A program made the position numbers and the translations under genes. Below, piece after piece: positions 26,001 to 38,058 of a stretch of DNA of 64,000 bases (positions are counted from its first letter, which is position 1; the number at the start of each line of letters is the position of its first letter). Origin of the DNA: Eledone cirrhosa (lineage: Eukaryota). The stretch lies in NCBI GenBank assembly GCA_964016885.1, contig OZ024750.1:1-64000 (forward strand), given 5' to 3'. The notes below the pieces were generated by a model. It was not told where the DNA came from and did no database searches. It worked only from the letters and a program-made list of their open reading frames with translations.

Positions 26001-29000
26001 ATTGGACAAAAGTGTATCCAGAATGATAAAGGTCAGATTGCACTCACAATTTCTGAGGAGATGCATGGAAGAGCCAGTATGAAAGATTACTAAATGGGGA
26101 GAATGCATGGGAAAAAGATACCATACCCAAAGTGAACCCTATAGAGGGGCTAGCAGAACAAGTCAGCAGCAATATAGTATGGCAATCAAAGATATGAAGA
26201 CGGGGAAGGCAACCGGTCCATCGGGTATAGTTGCCGAGATGCTCAAGGCATCTGGGTCAGTAGATCAGACCATAACCACAAGTAATGTTAACTAGATAAT
26301 ACTAAACGATTCGTGCAGCAGCATCATGGTCAACTGATACAAAGGTAAAGGTGATGCACTAGATAGAGGAAACTAGAGAGGTATAAAGCTGATGGACCAG
26401 ATCATGAAAGTAACGTAAAGAGTTATAGCACAGTTGATTAGTACCTAGCTAAAAGTAAGCCACTCTACCTGGCATTTGTCGAAATGGAAAAAGCCTTCGA
26501 CAGAGTCCACCATGCTATAATACGGTCGGCTCTTGGAAAATTAAAAGTAGATGAATGGCTTATGAGGGCTGTACAAGCCATGTATAAAGAAACAATCAGC
26601 AAAGTTAGGGTTATCAATGATTAGAGCGAGGAATTTAGCATGCAGGTCCGTGTACACCAGGGCTGTTCTTAGCCCTCTCCTTTTTATCATAGTCCTGCAG
26701 GCAATAACAGGAATTTAAAACCGGATATCAGCTTATAGTTCTACCAAGGGAGACAGTGATGTGAATGCAGAGGAATTTCATGAGATGTGTAGAGCTGTCA
26801 ACACCACACAAGCTCAAAACATCATTCTTCTGAGGGACTTCTATGCACATCTGAGTAAGGAGAGCAGTGAAGATCCGCGCTGGTAATTCCCTAACACCAA
26901 CCGAAATGGAAGACTACCGACAGACGCCATGCTGGATGCAAACTTGATGGCAACCAACCTAACGTTAAGGAAGAATCCAGAAAAGATGTGGACCAAGACC
27001 TAGATTGATTTCTTTCTGGTGAGGAAAAAGCAGCGCAATAGTGTTCTCAACACAGAACCATACAACTATTTCAGTACACTGGGACAGTGGACACATGCTT
27101 GTTATGAGTGAGGTCCGGGTGAGCTTAAGAAAGAGCAAGGCTACACCAACAGTATAATCTATGACTGGGGAACTTTCAATGAACATAAGCTACAGAAGAG
27201 GTTCACAGGAGAAGTGAGCAACAGGTTCAGTGCTCTTTGTAGAGAGTTTGACAAAGAGGTACGGCTACTTGAACAATGCAGTAGCAGAAGCAAGTGAGAC
27301 ACTGATGCTGAGGAGAAAGAAGAAGAAGCATGTCAGTTCTGCAGACCCAAAGGTGTGTGCAGCCTGCCAAGGACCAATTCTGTGCTGATCCTATGGAGAG
27401 GATGGACACAGTGGAGGTGATGAGGGAAGCACTCTGTACCGCTTACACTGACGCCAGAGAGGAGGCACTAAAAGTGTTAAGAGAACGGTTGACAGTTGGA
27501 TGATCAACGAGATCACATGGAGGAAAGGTCAGATCAAGGAAACAGATCCAGAGGATAGGAAAAAGGAAATGGCTGGACCATTTTAGAACACAACTATGAG
27601 ATGCCCTCCACAGCCGATCAGTTGGCTGTTACAAAAACTGAATATTGAGACAGGACCCTTTGCCAGAGAGCTTCAGAGAGCAAAAAAAGAAGATAAAGGA
27701 GGGCAAGGCCCATGGAGAAAATCGAGTGGCATCAGGTCATGTAGAGTTGTGATTTTCATATCTTGGAGATCTGTAAAAAGGGACTGGAGAAACGAGTTGC
27801 CCTGAACAAGTGGACGATCAGTAACTTCGTGCCACTGCCAAAGAAGGCAGATCTCTCTAACAGAAACAACTACAGGGGGACCTCACTTGTGGCAAAGACC
27901 CTCAACAGGATGATTCTAAAGAGAATCCAGCCCTGCATGGACAAAAAGCTCAAACAACCACAACAGCTTCAGAGATAAAGATCAACCAACGGTCACATCC
28001 TGATGCTGAGGAAGATATTTGAGGGAGCTAAAGCAAATTGCCTATAATTCTGTCGATCGTCACTACCTGATCAAGATCTTGTGGAATACAAAAGTATCAC
28101 TGCTCTACACGAACACTAAAGCCAAAGTCATTACACCCGATGGTTCTTCGAATTATTGGTTGGAGTGCTCCAAGGAGCTACACCCATTCTTCAGTGGCTA
28201 AATACAGTCAAAGAAAAATATAATTGCTTTTCTTTCTCAGAGAGTTAAGTCAGCGAAGGTAACACACCACTAACAAAATCCCCTCTCCTACTAAAATGGT
28301 CAATGACCAATCCAGCAGATAAACAATTATATTAAGAAAAAAAATTTCTTTTTAAACAAAGGCCAATTACATATTTACTGTTGAAGGCCTGTTTGTGGGC
28401 TTATGTAGAGTAATATAGATATAAATACATCAACGACAAACACTATATTGTTTCGCACTTTAAAGGATTCGCTTTTGCAATAAAACAGGGAATCGACATT
28501 ATCCGATTCCCTAATATTTCATATTATATTGGCATCTGCTTGGCAGCGAACTCCAACTGCTGGGCCTGCATTCTTCTCTCTTGTCCGTTATGCTTGTACT
28601 TCATTGATTTTCACTGCAACAATCACCAACTACTCTTTCTATGTTTATTCTCGGGGATGTCTTTTCTACCCACTGCATTCTTCACTACATCATGCCAACT
28701 TTCTACAGCTGCTTCACATCGGTCACATCTACGATCTTAATTCTGAACAATTACCATAAATATATATTTTGTCTGCATCAATCAGTTTGTCTTCGTTTCC
28801 TATTCTTATATTGCAAAAGCGTATAAAAAAAAAAATATAGCGTTTCCTCAAGATAACCGTAACTATATTACTTTCACTCTCCAGCTTCCTGGTAACATAA
28901 CCATATATTAAGTTTTAATGCATGTGCCTACTTGTATACCGTAATTTCTGTCTATATTTATGAGGAAAGAGGATAGATATTGACAAGATGATATAAATAT

Positions 29001-29459
29001 ATATAGCTATTCAGTTTTATATATACCCCCCCCCCCCCCCCCACACATACACACACACACAACCACAAACTAAAACTAAACCCAAATAATTCATCTAGAA
29101 ATTAATGAACCCCGTCGTATCTGCTTCGAAATGATATTCAAACAAATAGAAACTAAAACTTACTATATCACTAACGTGCTGCATTAAATAGACATGAAAA
29201 AACACCCGTCTCAATTTTACGATGAAAACCGATATAATAAATTAAGCTTAAGCTTAATTAGTAAAGTAGTCTTCAGCAGAAACAGACAAGGCATAAATTC
29301 AATGACAGTTTTATCAAACAACAAAATTTCTGGCTAAAACGGAAAATAAAATATTTTTATTAAAATATACTAGAGTAATTTCCCTTTGCTAATTAGAATG
29401 TTGCATAAACAGATTTCTACGGTGATATAAACACAAACCCGATACACACCAACATATAT

Positions 29460-29785
29460 ATTATATTGTATTTATATATTATATATATACATGTGTATAT
29501 AGTACAGACATTTATTACAAATACACACATAATACAGACACATACTACACACACATACTACACACACATAATACACATATAATACAGATAATACACACAT
29601 ATAATACACACATATAATACAGATAATACACACATAATACGCACAGATAATACACACATAATACGCACAGATAATACACACATAATACAGAGATAATACG
29701 CACAAATAGACACCTAATAGACACATAATACACACAATACATACACATACACACATAATATACACACACACACACACACACATAA
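29460..29785. repeat. CA-rich minisatellite / low-complexity tract
   Basis: Repeated CACATAATACGCACAGATAATACA-like ~24-mers merging into (CA)n. Confidence 0.85.
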
Positions 29786-29880
29786 TATATAGTAATAATA
29801 ATAAATTTGAAAACTAAAATTAAAAAAGGGCTCGATATGGATACATATATATCAAATATATAAGAACCGTACAGCAAATA

Positions 29881-30021
29881 TATATTAAAATAACAGATTA
29901 AAGTTTAAGCAAAGAATCGCTGCTTTCAACCTTAACGGGATCTTAAATGAATTTCAGAAGATCCCGTTAAGGGTGAAAGCAGCGATTCTTTGCTTAAACT
30001 TTAATCGGTTATTTTAATATA
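29881..30021. repeat. Near-perfect palindrome (64-bp arms, 13-bp loop) of a TA-associated element with a hammerhead-like motif
   Basis: 29881-29944 is the reverse complement of 29958-30021 with 2 mismatches. A single arm recurs at 40818-40888. Confidence 0.92.
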
Positions 30022-30092
30022 TATATATTTATATATATTTATATATATTTATATATATTTATATATATTTATATATATTTATATAAATATAT

Positions 30093-30165
<73 letters not shown>

Positions 30166-30202
30166 AATATATATAAATATATATATATATATAAATATAA
30201 AT

Positions 30203-30233
<31 letters not shown>

Positions 30234-30440
30234 AATATATATAAATATATATATATAAATATAAATATATATATATATAAATATATATATATAAATATAA
30301 ATATATATATATAAATATATATATATAAATATAAATATATATATATAAATATAAATATATATATATAAATATATATATATAAATATAAATATATATATAT
30401 AAATATAAATATATATATAAATATAAATATATATATATAA

Positions 30441-30485
<45 letters not shown>

Positions 30486-30552
30486 TATAAATATATATAT
30501 ATATATAAATATAAATATAAATATATAAATATATATATATATATAAATATAA

Positions 30553-30609
<57 letters not shown>

Positions 30610-30664
30610 AATATATAAATATATATATAAATATATAAATATATATAAATATATAAATATATAT

Positions 30665-30703
<39 letters not shown>

Positions 30704-30716
30704 AATATATATATAA

Positions 30717-30788
<72 letters not shown>

Positions 30789-30799
30789 GTTTCATAAGC

Positions 30800-30842
<43 letters not shown>
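30022..30842. repeat. Compound (TA)n / ATAAAT microsatellite
   Basis: ~820 bp almost entirely A/T; source of the spurious YI-repeat ORFs. Confidence 0.97.
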
Positions 30843-30843
<1 letters not shown>

Positions 30844-31349
30844 TTAAAAAAATTGGTTGGCTGGTTTAACCTAACGTAAAAAAATAAATAAAAAAATTCT
30901 ATCCAAAAATGAGAGCTTTGTGGCAGAGAAGGAATTGAACAGGGACAAATTTTTAGGAGAATCTGGAATAAAAATATTCTAATGGTGCATTTTATATTTT
31001 ATATTCTCTAAATTACAAGTGAACAAAATTAACGTTAATCTAACTATAACGTATTACTGCTACTTTATTGGATAAACAATACTGAGTCAGCTTTTATAAG
31101 TCTTTTGAAAACCGAGAACAGAGACAATGCCAACCATGTGAATTCAACAGATTTTTCCAGATAAATCTTAAAAAACAATTTTTACCCCCCCCCCCCCCCC
31201 CCACATAATCTCATCAACACACATATTATACATATATATACATATATATCTTTCATTTTCTCCCTTAATCACTAGCAAATACCAACTCCTCCAGTTCTAA
31301 AAATAGAAAATTCTTCCAGAAAGATAGACAGAGAAAAATGAGAGAAGAG

Positions 31350-31550
31350 AGGAACCCAGTATTTGACTGGTACTTTATTCAGAAAAAGATAATTGCGAGA
31401 AAACTATAGATAGGAAGAATTCACCCCAGCATTTCACTGGTACTTTTTTTTATCCAACGGAAGGAAGAAAGGCAAAGTTGACCTTGGCAGGATTTAAACT
31501 CAGAGAGCATAGAAATAAAAACGAATACTCCAAGGTATTCGAATAACTGC
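31350..31550 (-). mobile_element. SINE fragment, same family as 33983
   Basis: CTGGTACTTT...GAAAGGCAAAGTTGACCTTGGCAGGATTTAAACTC is the reverse complement of the B-box plus central domain of the 33983 SINE. Confidence 0.8.
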
Positions 31551-31551
31551 A

Positions 31552-31598
<47 letters not shown>

Positions 31599-32288
31599 CA
31601 ATTGTATATATATGTGTGTGTGTATATACAACAATATGATGAAATTAATTAAATCGAAAATGTTACCCCGATTAAAATACAAAAACATAACTATAAAAGC
31701 TTTTTTTTTTAAAGAAATTAATTGAATTGAATTTTTTTTAAAGAAATAAATGAAATTGAACTTTTTTTTTAAAGAAATAAGTTAAATTGAATTCTTTTTT
31801 TTTAAAGAAATATAAATTAAATTTTTTTTTTTTTTAAATAAATTAAATATAAATCTGGCTGACCTGTGGGACTTTTCTTCTCAGTCCCAGGAGTGAACGC
31901 TGTGGTTGGTTTTCGGCGTATCTCTGAGCAGGCCTAAAAAAGGGCTTAACGCATACCCACGTTGAAAGGACGCATGAGAATACTGTGTAGTCATCTTTCA
32001 AAATCAGTGGCTGAAATGAAAAATATGAAAAACGGGACTTGTATTTATAAGGAAAACAAAGTGACAGTAACTCACACATACTCACTCACGCACACACACA
32101 CACACATGTATCTATGTATGTATGTATGTATGTGGTTTTGCCGCCAAAAGATTAGCAAAGTTTGTGAGTGTGTATGTGTGTATGTGTGTAACAACAACAA
32201 CAACAACAACAACCGAACAATAGAAACAAATAATAAAACAAAATTTATTATTCTATGAAGAAATTTAATATTTTGATCAAACAATGTG

Positions 32289-32343
<55 letters not shown>

Positions 32344-32433
32344 AAGATGTATGACCCCGACGGCAGAGCTCAAGCCGTTTCGACGGCTATCTCTGGTGCA
32401 TTATGGTCCATCTGGTTCCTTAACACAACTCCG

Positions 32434-32481
<48 letters not shown>

Positions 32482-32876
32482 AGAAGTTGTATTTAATTTG
32501 TTGGAAGTCCGACAAACAAATGTTTATAACTGATTTAGAGCACTCAACAGTTTACTGGAGTAAATATTTCGTGATATTAAATAAATGGAAACTATATTTA
32601 TAAAACCATATTTATTTTATTATATATATTTCAAGGCCAACCAAGACAAGCTTGGTGCACTTTCATCAAATAAAATACAAAAGTTTATTTTGCTTTCCAA
32701 CCGATAAGATTTGCCTTTCATGGATACGTCTTTATTGATATATATATATCTATATATGTGTGTGTGTGTGTGTGTGTAGATATATAGAAAAATATATTAA
32801 AGGCGGTACCCCAGCATGACCTCAGCAAAATGGCTGGGACAAGTAAAAGAGTAAAACAATATACATATATATAATA

Positions 32877-33637
32877 CTAGCAGTGGTACCCGGCGTTGCA
32901 CGGGATAAGTTATTTTGACCTAATCGTAGAAAAACTGCATGCCTGGACAATATGTAAAGAAAATAAACCGAATGCTCTGATGCAATTAGTATTAGGTATG
33001 CTTTTCCTTCCACGTGAAGAAAATCGGCTTAATAAAGTGGCAGGAGTCAGCAGGACAGATGTCACCACTTATATCAGAGGGAAGTCTGCAATGCTTGAGC
33101 AAGGCATGACGTACAATCGGACAGCATATGGAGCCTTCTCGAACCAGTCCACCGCACCTTCACAAACGTTTACCAAACAGTGGGTATAATTTAACAATTT
33201 TACAGAGGAGTGGTGCAATAAAATGGGCCTTGAGGCGTGTGCGTGTTCACTCGCCGCCCCAAACCAAAGGGTCGCCATCAGTTATTTCAAGGGCCCTTAT
33301 AATGGATTTGTAAGCCGTTCACTGACACTCCAGTAACTACGGGTAACAATCAACAATTTCAAGTGGTGGCCATAAAAAGGGCCATGTGAACGTTCTCTTA
33401 ATAGTAACTTTCACTGCGTTCTCTGACATTTGGAGGGTGTTACGGTTGCTTCCACTGGTAGCCTTTACAATGAATCAATGCGTTTGCGGCCCATTTAACA
33501 GCCATACATTGACGCGCCGAGTGCGATGCAGACAGCTAGACATACAGACATATTATAAGGGCGCGGTGTAAAGTTTGAAAACAGTCGGTTGGGTGCTTCT
33601 CGAGGTTTAGGGATTCAAACTCACACAGACATCCTTA

Positions 33638-33660
<23 letters not shown>
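32877..33660 (-). mobile_element. Non-autonomous Helitron, same family as 17066
   Basis: 3' end on minus is a CCCGTGCAACGCCGGG hairpin followed by CTAG|T. The 5' region AAAACTAAGGATGTC merges into (TA)n. Interior differs from the 17066 copy. Confidence 0.8.
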
Positions 33661-33677
<17 letters not shown>

Positions 33678-33982
33678 ATATGATACGTTCTACCTTGCAA
33701 TCCACAATGACAAGAAACCTTGTAAATACAATGTCGATCATATCACACCATCTCCACCACCACACCACACATCGTCATGTGCATACCATACACGCCTACA
33801 TCCTCATCCCCCCATGTTCCCTCTATCTACCCTAACTTGCAACCCCACGTTAAATTCGATCCTGTAACTGTACTGTCGCACGCACACACGACCACCGCCA
33901 CCACTAAATACATCCACATACTTCAACAATCATCATCAACACATATCACTCGATCCCAAATCGACTGTATTATATACCCCCC

Positions 33983-34172
33983 AGGGTGGGGGGTTGGCAG
34001 TCTCGGTAGAGGGTCGGACGCCATGCTTTCAAACATAGTTACGTCCCTTTACGATCTGAGTTCAAATCCCGCCTAGGTTGACTTTGCCTTTCATCCTTAC
34101 GGGGGTCGATAAAATAAAGTACCAGTAATACACTGGCTATTTGCTGGCCTTGTGCCTAAAGTAGAAACAATT
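33983..34172 (+). mobile_element. tRNA-derived SINE with a MetaSINE-like central domain (octopus-type)
   Basis: A-box-like TGGCAGTCTCGG, B-box GAGTTCAAATCC, then GTTGACTTTGCCTTTCATCCTT..GGGGTCGATAAAATAAAGTACCAG. Confidence 0.85.
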
Positions 34173-34459
34173 ATATACCCCCACCCCCCGTATGCCTACC
34201 ATATAACACACCGTAACCTCTGATCATGTAATCATCTTGCCGAACATATCACCCCAGCACCACCACCATCACCATGTCCACAACACACATGGCCGTACGT
34301 CCATAAACGCTTTTCCCCCCGCGTTCCCTATCTCACCTCTTAACCGGTATTCGATCCGGTATATATATTTTTGTCCCTCACAACTCCATCCACTACCACC
34401 ACCACAAAACACAACTCCATACTTCACCAACACCGACAAAACATACCTCCAACCAACAA

Positions 34460-34761
34460 TAGTGTGTGTGTCTGTGTGCAAGTATTTTACTCATACGGGC
34501 GTTTTAAGTGTGCGTGCGTGTACGCAAATTTATCTGTATGTGTGTGTGTGTGTATGTGAACACATGTATATACATATGTCTATGTGTGTGTATATATATA
34601 TATATCTGTATATATATATATGTGTATGTGTGTGTATATATGTATGTGTGTGTATGTGTACGTCTACATATATGTATATGGGTAAATCTGACTATGTGTA
34701 GGTGAGCTCATATATGTGCATGTATGTATATATGTGCGTGTATGTGTGTGTTGTCGGTACA

Positions 34762-34792
<31 letters not shown>

Positions 34793-35420
34793 GTGTGTGA
34801 GTATACGTGTGTGGGAGTGTGTATGTGTATATCTTGCATACATGAGTGTGAGTCCTTCCCCCCCATCTCTGTCGTTCGCCACCCCCACCGATACTCCACC
34901 ACTCTCCATATTCGTGTCCGCATGCGCGCATGCACATACATGTGTGTACATATACATATGGCTGTGTGTGAGCGTATGCCGATATGTGTGGGCAAGGATG
35001 TGCGTATGTGTCTTATGTTGTGTGTGTTTATACAACAATATATGTGCACATATATACATATATGTGTGTACGTATACGTATATACAAGATATCTGTCAGA
35101 CGAAGAGCGTCTATGTATCTATGTAAGGTCCTGACGCCACCAATACATCCACCACACCACCAAAAACGCCGCTACCATAGACAAAGGCGCCACTACCACA
35201 CGCCAGCCCGTCTACAGACAGTTCACTAACCTCACACCACAACCCATCCCACTAAATAACCTTAACCACCACCATATCTTCACATCCACACCAACATACT
35301 CGACACGCCAAGGCCAACCCACCACCACACCACAGCCCACCTCATCCACAGACCGTCACCAACATCTCACCATCACACCCACCCCCCATATACACTACAG
35401 GCCAGTACATCGCCTTGATC
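34460..35420. repeat. Degenerate (TG)n/(TA)n and ACC-rich low-complexity DNA
   Basis: Directly visible composition; explains the many C/V/Y/I/H/T-rich ORFs. Confidence 0.9.
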
Positions 35421-35939
35421 CTTCTCACCAATCAAAACATCTCATTTTGTCAAACTCTTGAAACTCTGACTTTACCACATAGCATGTATTTCATTTTCTT
35501 ATAGCATTTTAAGAGGGTCCGTCGAGCTGCCGATTATTGAATCGGGTAGGATCGATATAGATCGAACCTTGAGCTGATCAGTGGCGAAACGCGCGTCAAA
35601 TATCAATAAATGCAATGAAGGAATAATCAACACTACAACTACCATCATGAAAATTGCCAATGGTGTCAGAAAATATATATATCTCTGTATTGAGTATGAG
35701 GGGTGGGGGAGATTACGGCTGTCATCTCATTTTCTTTCATCAAGGCTAAGTCATGTCGGGTTTGAAAACGTAATTCAAATGATGGCGGTGGTAGCGAGTG
35801 TTGTTGGTGTGGTGGTTTGGTGGCGGTGTGGTGTCGTAGTGGTGGCGTAGTGGTGGTGAAATATAAACCACGTGGAGTGGAACAAATATAATGAAATAAA
35901 TAAATATATATATACAAATACATACATACATACACACAT

Positions 35940-35970
<31 letters not shown>

Positions 35971-35984
35971 TACACACATACATG

Positions 35985-37190
35985 TAGGTGATCTCTTTCT
36001 CTTAATTTCGAATATATTTTTTGACCGGTCACCTTCCTGGTGGCAATGTTGTAAAAGAAAAGAAATTGTCATCCCTTGAATCGCAAGAATGTTTTGCAAA
36101 TTTTGAAGGTGCCAACTATCGCAGCCACTTGTAGACTGAATTAGGGAGCTGCGCTCTTTGTCAGCAAATCCAAGTTCAGTCATACTTTGGTCCAAGCGGG
36201 TTGGTATATAACCCGTAGCTCCAATAATGATGGGTATGAAGCTAAAGGTGTATTTTGGATACTGGATTTGTAAACTCCTCATCAATGGTCCGTAGATGTC
36301 CTCCTCCTCCTGTATTTTTCTGACAACGTTTACATCAAGTGGGCAGCTGATCTCCACAACACAACACGTTTTCAATGGGTGGTCCCAAACAACAATATCA
36401 GGCCGGTTGTGCTTTAATTTGGTGGCAGTTTTTATTTTCAGGTTCCACCAGTATTCCTTAGTGCCATCTGTCTCGATATTCTTCCTCGTTTGTTGTTAAT
36501 TTTGTTTTCCAAAGTGCGTTCCAGATGGTTCTAGCTATCCCATCGTGTCTCATGGGGAGGTAGTAGCGAGATGACATTCTTTCGCAGCTGGCAACAATGT
36601 CGCTTACATCTTCAATCTTTGTTTTACATAAGCCTACGTTTATTGTCAGCTGATGTCCCTCCTCTTTTGTGCAGCAGGTATTTGGTAGGGAGTTCTTGTT
36701 ACTGTATTGCATAGAGATATCCCTCAAGGTGTCATGTCATAAACTTGTCGGAACTCCTTGCCAGGCTTTTTGAGTGGTTTATCACCTCTATGGTCTGTGT
36801 TTTACGTCTCAAGTATACGTGCACAACTTTTTCTGTAAATTGGTCAATTTTTTCATCTTCTTTGAACAGTGAATAGGATCTTCCGATTTCTCTGGGTGAG
36901 AGATTTATATCAGGCTTTATTCCATATCTCTCCTCCAGATCAGTGGCTATCCTAATGATATTTTTTTTTTCATGCTCATAAACCTGGGCCATAAAACTTT
37001 TCCTCTGTTGAAGATGTTGCTTCAGTGTTACTATCCGGGTGTCATATGATGTTAATATGGATTTTAGACCCCGGCCACCTTCCTTGCATGACAAGTACAG
37101 CCTATCCACATAACCAAAGTTCCCAGTAACACTGACAAGTTTTCGAGTTCTAACATCTATCTCTCTTAAGTATGTGATATTTACATCTCA
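35985..37190 (-). mobile_element. 5'-truncated RLE-type non-LTR retrotransposon (R4/Dong-like): thumb, CCHC knuckle and PD-(D/E)xK nuclease
   Basis: DRLYLSCKEGGRGLKS; GLCKTKIEDVSDIVASC...YYLPMRHDGIA; KHNRPDIVVWD...CCVVEISCPLDVNVVRK..E...Y..L. Frameshifted. 3' end abuts (TGTA)n. Confidence 0.88.
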
Positions 37191-37205
37191 AATGATATAT
37201 ATATA

Positions 37206-38058
37206 CAGGGTGTTTCCAAAAATGTGTAAAGTTTATTCCGAGTTCAATCACAGCTAACAACAGTAAGTAAGGTACTCAATTCATAACAGAGTATAAATAT
37301 TTAATATAGTAATGACTTCTACATGACTATAACTTTCATTCAGGAGAATTATATACGAGCGTGCGTGTGTTTTAATGACCGTATACATACATCCCTCCCC
37401 TCAAACAGTCCTTCACAATGTCTGGTTCCGGTTTCTCATCATTGTCAAGTCACACGTTAGCACGTTTTGTATTGAGAAGTGTCCATCCAATTCACAGTAC
37501 TTGGATCCGATACTGTGCTGCCGCTGTGAAAGGGGTTTCGAGCGGCCAACTGGACTGTCACTTCTCATAACAGTGCAATCTAGTCCCAGGCTGCCACGGT
37601 CGTCTTTCGTATTGAGAAGTATCCATCGCGGGGAGAGGGCCCGGCTCCGAAATTGGGGTGCCGCTGTGAGAAGGATTCGGTGCGGCAAACTGGCCTCTTC
37701 CTCCTCATAATGATATCACTGGTCACTTCGCATAGTTGTGCCATCCAACGCCATGCTCCAAAACTGGCTGTCGCTACATTGTCAGCTGTAAAATACTCAG
37801 CCGAAAAGAGTGTTTGGGACATAAAGGTTTTTAGATAAATATAAACACTTAGAGCGTGATTCTCGGGGAGATTCAGCATCAAACATTCATCTATATATAC
37901 CACAGACAAATTATATATATAATATACAGTTCTACTCCTGCAGAAGACATTTCTAGATTCAATATTTATACTCTGCTATGTATTGAGTACCTTACTGTGG
38001 TTACCCCAGATTGAACCTGGGACCAACTCACACACACATTTTTATATATACACCTACC
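37206..38058. mobile_element. Non-autonomous TIR element (Tc1/mariner-like terminus) with ~130-bp imperfect TIRs
   Basis: Left end TA|CAGGGTGTTT. 37217-37338 is an inverted match to 37923-38044 (e.g. GTAAGGTACTCAAT / ATTGAGTACCTTAC and CAGAGTATAAATATT / AATATTTATACTCTG). Right terminus is degenerate. Confidence 0.7.

Larger units (their letters stand above)
17975..28420. repeat. Tandem segmental duplication, two ~5.2-5.3 kb units (about 17975-23265 and 23266-28420) plus a partial, more diverged third unit to ~29470
   Basis: Paired ORF-track entries with offsets 5292 (19080/24372), 5308 (20480/25788), 5193 (21772/26965) and 5179 (22584/27763). Units differ by a few percent substitutions and indels. 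Confidence 0.95.

Noticed and set aside
30059-30841. Three 238-260 aa YI-rich ORFs
   Set aside because: Translations of a TA microsatellite.
31855-32035. Possible hammerhead or other structured RNA island
   Set aside because: Small hairpins are present, but I could not assemble a CUGANGA/GAAA/UH core with consistent stems on either strand.
34237-35229. Many C/V/Y/H/T-rich ORFs
   Set aside because: Low-complexity (TG)/(CA)/(TA) sequence with no domain signal.
37469-37710. Structured ncRNA interpretation of the 140-bp repeats (GCCGC/GCGGC hairpin, closing stem)
   Set aside because: Differences between copies concentrate at synonymous positions of one + frame, and most stems are not preserved in copy 2. 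A coding remnant fits better.
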